Source: an uncultured archaeon | GTDB lineage: Archaea > Asgardarchaeota > Thorarchaeia > Thorarchaeales > Thorarchaeaceae | DNA length: 22,618 nt | Direction: 5' to 3' | NCBI GenBank assembly: GCA_964610875.1 | Contig: CAZSWP010000047.1 | Location: 1-22,618, forward strand | Shown here: piece by piece, positions 16,366 to 22,618 of the stretch | Numbering within the stretch: the first letter of the stretch is position 1 | Layout of the letters: the number at the start of each line of letters is the position of its first letter | Translations under genes and position numbers: made by a program | Notes under the pieces: generated by a model | Told to the model about the DNA's origin: nothing | Databases searched by the model: none | Seen by the model: only the letters and a program-made list of their open reading frames with translations

Positions 16366-19029
16366 CTACTCCATCCTTGCTTTTCCAAGCACCTTCTCGA
16401 TTGCAATATCAATGTTCACAGACCGACCGTGGTCTGATTTACTTGGGTCAACACCGTCGTCACCGAACTTGAACTGTACAATCCGGCCTGGAGCAGTACG
16501 TACTGTCCCATCGGTCTCCACTTTCAAGTCCTGCAGAGCAGTCATGAGTCGTCGCTGCATGTAACCTGATGTTGATGTACGAACTGCAGTGTCTACGAGA
16601 CCTTCACGGCCTCCTGCTGCGTGGAACCAGTATTCAATGGGGTCAAGTCCACTCTTATAGCTTGAAATAACAAAACCTCGCGCACGAGCTCCGAGATCAC
16701 CCCGTTCGAAATGAGGAAGTGTTCGTCCAATGTAACCACGGCTTATCCGTTCACCACGTACTGCTTGTTGTCCGACAACAGCAGCCATCTGTGAGAGGTT
16801 GAGTCGTGAACCACGTGCACCAGTCTGGGCCATGATGACGGCGGAGTTCTCAAGACCAAGATGTTCTCCTGCCACCTCACCAGCAGAGTCACGAGCTTCT
16901 GCAAGCGTGGCCATGATTCTCTGCTCAAGGGTCTCCTCAAGGGTCTGGCCTGGATTAGCATCGAGTTCGCCACGTCTGTAGGTTTCAATGAGTTGGTTGA
17001 CCTTCTTGTCAGCCTCTTCTAGAATGATTCTGATTCGCTCAGAGGCCTCTCTTGGGAGAGTGACATCATCAAGACCAAGGGAGAATCCACGGTCTGTGAT
17101 GAGCCGGACAAGAAGTTTGCCTACTGAGTCCATAAAGTTACGTCCTGCAGAGGACCCTTTCTCCTTGATAATACGGTGGAACAATGAGTCAGGTTCTCCT
17201 GCACCAAAGGCTTTCTCATCTACAACACCAAACTGGAGTTGTCCGTCGCGTATCACGACATAAGCATCAAACTCACAGTCTTCCTTCTTGCACACCTTGC
17301 ATTTCCTGCAGATGTTAGCCTTGAAAGAGATGTTGATACCTTCTGGAACGAAGATACTGAATATCTGTTTCCCAGTCCATAGTGGTACTGGTGCTTTGAT
17401 AGCAGGGTCTGGTAGTTCGCCTTCAAATCCTGTGACTGCAGTAAGTTGGTTCACCTGATTTAGGGTATACATGCTTGATTTGCGTGTCAGTAGGAATGCT
17501 GCTGAGATGTAGTCCTGCAAAGCACCAATGATAGGACCCCCATATCGTGGAGAGAGTATCTGTTCCTGTACTCGCATGAGTACTCGTGCCTCTGCACGTG
17601 CCTCTTCGGACTGTGGGACATGTAGGTTCATTTCGTCACCATCAAAGTCTGCGTTGTAGGGCGGACAGACGTAGAGGGACAGTCTGAATGTCCTGTAAGG
17701 CATCACTCTGACCTCGTGGGCCATGATTGACATTCTGTGCAGTGATGGTTGTCGATTGAACAGTACAATGTCCCCCGAGTCCAAGTGGCGTTCTACCACA
17801 AAGCCTGGTTCCATAGTGTCTGCAATGATTGACCTGTCCTTGACAAATCGGAGGTCAACCCTACGACCATCGCTTCGAATCAGATAGTTAGCACCAGGGT
17901 GTCCGTCAGGACCTCGGATGACGAGTTCTTTCATCTCATCAATGTTCCATTCGGTCACTCGCTGGGGGATTGTCAGGATTCTAGCAATCTCTTCTGGGAC
18001 ACCAACCTCGTTCATGCTGAGATTGGGGTCTGGTGAGATGACTGTACGTGCTGAAAAGTCCACACGTTTTCCTGATAGGTTTGAACGAAAACGCCCTTCT
18101 TTACCTTTAAGTCGCTGACTAAGGGTTCTTAGGGCTCTACCGGACCGATGGCGGGCTGGTGGGATTCCGCTGACGCCATTGTCGAAGTAGGTGGTCACAT
18201 GGTACTGAAGGAGCTCCCATAGGTCCTCTACAATTAATTGTGGCGCGCCAGCTTCGAGGTTTTCTCTGAGGCGTTGATTTATACGAATGATGTCAATAAG
18301 CTTGTGTGAGAGGTCATCTTCGCTTCGTACACCGGACTCAAGGGTGATTGATGGACGGACGGTTACAGGGGGTACTGAGAGTACTGTGAGGATTGACCAC
18401 TCAAGACGGGCAGCATCGGGGTTGATTCCCAGTAGTCGATAGTCATCATCAGTGATGTTCTCAAGCTTTGCCCTGATGTCAATAGGTGTTAGTCTCACTG
18501 AGCCAGCCTCACCAACTTCGTAAATCGAGGTCGGTTTCTCCAGCTTGAGTTTGAGTTGTGGGGCTTCGCAATGCGGGCAGGTCTTTCCTTTCTTGGTCTT
18601 TGCAGCCCGTTTCAAAATCTCCTTTGATAGTGTTGCAGTTGCCTGACCAATAGATGGATAACGTTTGAAAAGTCGCTTGAAGTGGTCCACTTCGTCATCT
18701 GTGAGAAGAATTCTATTACACTCCCGACAGATGGCTTTGAGAATCTTGTGGATGACCTTTGCATAGCCAGCATGCATGACTGGACGAGCAAGTTCAATGT
18801 GTCCGAAGTGTCCGGGACAGTTTCCAACACGGTTACCACATGTCCTACAGCGTTGTCCAGGGTCAATGACTCCTAAGCGCTGATCCATGATACCGCTCTC
18901 AATGGGATAACCATCCTCATCATATGTGTCCGCAACAACAATCTGAGCGACGGACATCTTCCGGACTTCCTCTGGTGACAATAGTCCGAACTCGATTGCA
19001 TCAATTTTCTTAGTAGTGCTCACTGCCAT
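16366..19029 (-). CDS. rpoA1: DNA-directed RNA polymerase subunit A' (Rpo1N)
   Basis: YNADFDGDEMN catalytic motif, CPGHFGHIEL, DTAVRTSTSGYMQRRL bridge helix. Confidence 0.99.
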   Translation of the reverse strand: MAVSTTKKIDAIEFGLLSPEEVRKMSVAQIVVADTYDEDGYPIESGIMDQRLGVIDPGQRCRTCGNRVGNCPGHFGHIELARPVMHAGYAKVIHKILKAICRECNRILLTDDEVDHFKRLFKRYPSIGQATATLSKEILKRAAKTKKGKTCPHCEAPQLKLKLEKPTSIYEVGEAGSVRLTPIDIRAKLENITDDDYRLLGINPDAARLEWSILTVLSVPPVTVRPSITLESGVRSEDDLSHKLIDIIRINQRLRENLEAGAPQLIVEDLWELLQYHVTTYFDNGVSGIPPARHRSGRALRTLSQRLKGKEGRFRSNLSGKRVDFSARTVISPDPNLSMNEVGVPEEIARILTIPQRVTEWNIDEMKELVIRGPDGHPGANYLIRSDGRRVDLRFVKDRSIIADTMEPGFVVERHLDSGDIVLFNRQPSLHRMSIMAHEVRVMPYRTFRLSLYVCPPYNADFDGDEMNLHVPQSEEARAEARVLMRVQEQILSPRYGGPIIGALQDYISAAFLLTRKSSMYTLNQVNQLTAVTGFEGELPDPAIKAPVPLWTGKQIFSIFVPEGINISFKANICRKCKVCKKEDCEFDAYVVIRDGQLQFGVVDEKAFGAGEPDSLFHRIIKEKGSSAGRNFMDSVGKLLVRLITDRGFSLGLDDVTLPREASERIRIILEEADKKVNQLIETYRRGELDANPGQTLEETLEQRIMATLAEARDSAGEVAGEHLGLENSAVIMAQTGARGSRLNLSQMAAVVGQQAVRGERISRGYIGRTLPHFERGDLGARARGFVISSYKSGLDPIEYWFHAAGGREGLVDTAVRTSTSGYMQRRLMTALQDLKVETDGTVRTAPGRIVQFKFGDDGVDPSKSDHGRSVNIDIAIEKVLGKARME

Positions 19030-19030
19030 T

Positions 19031-22000
19031 CTAGATCATCTCCTTCAGTCGTAGCCTGCACGCCAGGCCGAGCGACATCATCTCTTGTATCAGTAATTTG
19101 AAAGCATAAGACACTGTGACGCTACTTATCTTCGCGCCAGTGCCACATATTGGACAGTAATATTGGTCTTTGTTTCTGTCATAGACACCAATAAGGCCAC
19201 ACTCTTCGCAGACGAGCATGTTACTCTTGTCTGACTCATCAAGCAATCGACCCTTCAACAGGATTGCTGCACCGTGTCCAATGAGGACATCACGTTCCAT
19301 CTCTCCGAATCGAAGGCCACCCTCTCTTGCACGACCCTCTGTGGGCTGTCGTGTGAGTATCTGGACAGGTCCTCGCGCTCGAGCGTGAATCTTGTCTGCG
19401 ACCATGTGGTGTAGTTTCTGGTAATAGATGACACCAACGAAAACATCGGTCTTGAGTTTCTGACCTGTGATGCCCGAGTACATGGTTTCACGTCCATTAT
19501 ACTTCAGACCATGCTTTGTCAATGTGTCAAAGAGTTCTTTTTCTGTGACGCCGCAGAATGGGGTTGCATCCTGTTGCACACCGGACATCCCTGCAGCTTT
19601 CCCAGCAATCATCTCCATAATCTGACCAATGGTCATTCGGCTTGGTATCGCATGTGGATTGATTATCAGATCTGGAACAACACCATCCTCAGTAAAGGGA
19701 CAGTCTTGCTGTGGAACTATGTATCCAATGACTCCTTTCTGTCCATGTCTTGAAGCGTACTTATCACCAAGTTCAGGGATACGAAGGTCTCGAACTTTTA
19801 CCTTGACCAAACGATTACCATCAATGGTTTCGGTCAGGATGACGCTATCAACAACACCAGACTCTCCGTGTCGTACTGCAACAGATGTTTCACGACGATT
19901 TGGTGATGCGATCTCAAACTCGGAGTACTCTTCAAGGAATCGTGGAGGTGAAGTCCGTCCTATCAGAACATCGCCACCCTGTACCTCAACTTCTGTTTCG
20001 ATGATACCATCTTCACCGAGGTTACGGTATGACTCTGATGCACGATAGCCCCTGACACTGCGGTCCGGAATTTCGAACCGGTCTTCTTGACCACCAGGAT
20101 ATTTTCGTTCTTCACTCTCGTACACTCTTGCAAATGTGCTTCTGCCCAGACCTCGCTCGATTGAGGCCTTGTTCATAATCAAAGCGTCTTCAATATTGTA
20201 GCCTTCGAATGATAAGATTGAAACTACGAAGTTCTGCCCTGCTGGACGGGTCTCATACCCAATAGAGTCCATAGCACGGGTCTTTACAAGAGGAACTTGT
20301 GGATAATGGAAGAAATGAGCACGTGTGTCCGCTCTGAATTTGAAGTTCGCTGCAGGGACACCAACTGACTGTTTTGCCATTCCTGCCATGTACACGTTAC
20401 GTGGTGACTGGTTTCTCTCAGGGAATGGTATCAGGGCTGCTGATATTCCTAGGATTGTAGATGGTACAATCTCCATGTGAGTGGTCTTTGGACCAATCTC
20501 TTCTGGAGCCATGGCAATCAATGTGTTCTCTTCCTCTTCGGCATCAACGTACTCAACAATTCCGTTACGCATTAAATCAGAGAAATTCCACTCTCCATCC
20601 TGTATCATCCTGAGGTGCTCGTCAGTGAGACGGCTCTTGCCATTCTCTACCACAATGAGTGGACGTCTGACACGGCCTGCATCGCAGTTGACCTGTACCT
20701 CATGGGTGTTTTCATAATATGCAATGTTTGTTTCAGGGTGTATCTCACCAGCACGACGCTTCTGACGGATTGTCTTTGCAAGCACCTGTGGTGCTGGATG
20801 AATACCTACAAGACGTCCGTTCAGGAACACGTCTGCCCACTTTGTACCACGTTTGCCTTTCAGCTTCTCAATTGGTTCTACTTCAGCCTTGAGTAATGCA
20901 CGTTCTACAGACTCTTCTTCTGTCCCTACTGATATGTAGGCCATCATGGCGATGTTTTTCACAAGACCACAGTTTGGTCCTTCAGGAGTCTCATTAGGAC
21001 ATATCTTACCCCAGTGTGTGGAGTGAAGGTCTCGTGCTTCGAAGTGCGGTTGTGAGCGTGATAGTGGTGAAACTACACGTCTGAGATGCGATAATGATGA
21101 GATGTAATTGGTTCTGTCAAGCAGTTGAGATACCCCAGCCTTTCCACCGACCCAGTTGCCTGTGGCAAGTGCGTGCTTCAGTCGTTGTGTAATAACATCT
21201 GCACGAACAGCAGTTCTGATGTTCGGTTTTCTTCCACGGACAGCAGTTCGTTCAAGCTGGTACTTAATATCACGTGTGAGGGAGTACAGTGCTACTCTGA
21301 AGAGTGACATGAGAAGGTCACCGGAGAGCTTGAGGCGTTTGTTCGCATAGTGGTCTTTGTCATCTGCAGTCCGCTTATTGAGAACGAGTTCCAGCAGCCT
21401 CTCGACCATCTGACCGAGGTAGTATGCTTTGGGAAGACGATGCTTATCCTCTGTGCCAATATGGGGTAAGAGGTATCTATCAAGGACCTTCTCTGCTCGT
21501 GCCAGTCGGTATTCCTTTGTCTGTCCCACTGCAACACGCTTTCCAAGAAAGTCAAGGGCGTTCTCTTGGGTGGTTTCATCCTCATCCTCTCGGGACGCGT
21601 TGATTGGAGCAGACTGTTCAATAGTGACAATCAGTTCGTTTCGAATCTCATCGTCATCAGATATCACTTCTGCAATCTCGCGGTCTGACTCCAGTCCAAG
21701 TGCCTTCATGAGGATTGCAAGGGGAATCTTACCTGGGACTGAGGGGAATGAGATACGGAGTTCGCCTGTACGTTTGCGTTCAATAGTGACAGGAGCGCGA
21801 AAACCACGAGAGGTGGAAAATACTTTGCCAATGTGGGTGTAGCTGGAGCTCTTACTTGCTTCTTCTATGAGTATTCTATTAGGCGCCAAATCTTCTTGTG
21901 TCACTAGAACACGCTCTGAACCATTAATGATGAAATAACCACCGGGGTCCTTTGGATCTTCACCCCGTTGAATCAATTCTTCGTCTGAAAGCCCATTCAG

Positions 22001-22399
22001 TAGACAATTCTCACTGCGGAGCATGATGGGCAGATCACCAATGTAGATTCGCATGGTTTCCATGCGGGTGGTGACAGACCCTTCCTCACGGACAGGAGTC
22101 ATGTTTAGAAACAGCTTACTCGCATAGGTCAGATTTCGTATCCGTGCCTCGTTCGGGTAGAGGGGGTGTTCACTACCGTCAGCCTCTCGTACTGATGGTG
22201 CTTGGACATCAATATCGCCAAGGTCCACATAATATCCTTCGACTTTCGGGTTCAATCTGCCAATACTGTCTACCGTCTGTTGTAGTTCTTCTCGTATGAA
22301 GCGATTGAACGAGTCCAGATGCTGACCTACAAGTCCTTTCTCTTGAAAATATGCCTCTATAACAGGCCAGTACTTTTGTCTATCTTCCATCTTTGCCAT
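19031..22399 (-). CDS. rpoB: DNA-directed RNA polymerase subunit B (Rpo2, unsplit)
   Basis: GYFIINGSERV, ETPEGPNCGLVK, GDKYASRHGQKG, GLRFGEMERD, C-terminal zinc ribbon. Confidence 0.99.
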   Translation of the reverse strand: MAKMEDRQKYWPVIEAYFQEKGLVGQHLDSFNRFIREELQQTVDSIGRLNPKVEGYYVDLGDIDVQAPSVREADGSEHPLYPNEARIRNLTYASKLFLNMTPVREEGSVTTRMETMRIYIGDLPIMLRSENCLLNGLSDEELIQRGEDPKDPGGYFIINGSERVLVTQEDLAPNRILIEEASKSSSYTHIGKVFSTSRGFRAPVTIERKRTGELRISFPSVPGKIPLAILMKALGLESDREIAEVISDDDEIRNELIVTIEQSAPINASREDEDETTQENALDFLGKRVAVGQTKEYRLARAEKVLDRYLLPHIGTEDKHRLPKAYYLGQMVERLLELVLNKRTADDKDHYANKRLKLSGDLLMSLFRVALYSLTRDIKYQLERTAVRGRKPNIRTAVRADVITQRLKHALATGNWVGGKAGVSQLLDRTNYISSLSHLRRVVSPLSRSQPHFEARDLHSTHWGKICPNETPEGPNCGLVKNIAMMAYISVGTEEESVERALLKAEVEPIEKLKGKRGTKWADVFLNGRLVGIHPAPQVLAKTIRQKRRAGEIHPETNIAYYENTHEVQVNCDAGRVRRPLIVVENGKSRLTDEHLRMIQDGEWNFSDLMRNGIVEYVDAEEEENTLIAMAPEEIGPKTTHMEIVPSTILGISAALIPFPERNQSPRNVYMAGMAKQSVGVPAANFKFRADTRAHFFHYPQVPLVKTRAMDSIGYETRPAGQNFVVSILSFEGYNIEDALIMNKASIERGLGRSTFARVYESEERKYPGGQEDRFEIPDRSVRGYRASESYRNLGEDGIIETEVEVQGGDVLIGRTSPPRFLEEYSEFEIASPNRRETSVAVRHGESGVVDSVILTETIDGNRLVKVKVRDLRIPELGDKYASRHGQKGVIGYIVPQQDCPFTEDGVVPDLIINPHAIPSRMTIGQIMEMIAGKAAGMSGVQQDATPFCGVTEKELFDTLTKHGLKYNGRETMYSGITGQKLKTDVFVGVIYYQKLHHMVADKIHARARGPVQILTRQPTEGRAREGGLRFGEMERDVLIGHGAAILLKGRLLDESDKSNMLVCEECGLIGVYDRNKDQYYCPICGTGAKISSVTVSYAFKLLIQEMMSLGLACRLRLKEMI

Positions 22400-22618
22400 A
22401 TGGAGCTACACCGTTCATTGTTTATTGGACGATTTGGACGCAGGAGTGTATTTCCTCCCATATTGTCCAAGTCTGTTGGTATCCAATTACCACCCTTGCA
22501 TTTTGGGACGGGGAAACTACTACGGGCCTATATGCTTCCCATGGCATGACCCAGAAAATCCGAGTATGCTCACTTGCCGCAATAGCCGCCCCGCTAATCA
22601 CTCTAGCATTCTGTTCCC

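Noticed and set aside
22422-22616. Open minus-strand frame running in from the window edge
   Set aside because: No recognisable similarity and atypical composition; it cannot be supported without upstream sequence.

Overview
Archaeal genomic window, most likely an Asgard archaeon (Thorarchaeia-like; this is inference from the unsplit RpoB, split RpoA'/A'' and archaeal EF-1alpha/uS7/uS12 sequences). Every credible gene is on the minus strand. The right half is the core rpoB-rpoA1-rpoA2-rpl30e-nusA-rps12-rps7 operon. EF-1alpha is separated from rps7 by about 5.8 kb of accessory genes: a nucleotidyltransferase-fold protein, an EamA-SH3 fusion, an ECF S component, two GNATs and a flavodoxin. Downstream of EF-1alpha are an Eis-type acetyltransferase and small membrane proteins. 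Below about 3215 lies a foreign-looking segment with an apparently 5'-truncated membrane protein, a PH-fold-like partner and a B12-binding radical SAM gene that the ORF track missed. The most notable signal is in the apparent 600-bp intergenic gap at 9913-10515. It holds a self-contained micro-ORF transcription unit: a TATA box, two paralogous basic peptides (35 and 32 aa) sharing MA(F/L)AK...TDALAYA(F/Y), further coupled micro-ORFs whose start and stop signals sit in successive hairpins, and a hairpin plus U7 terminator. The unit is bracketed by a repeated GGTCACAAA motif.
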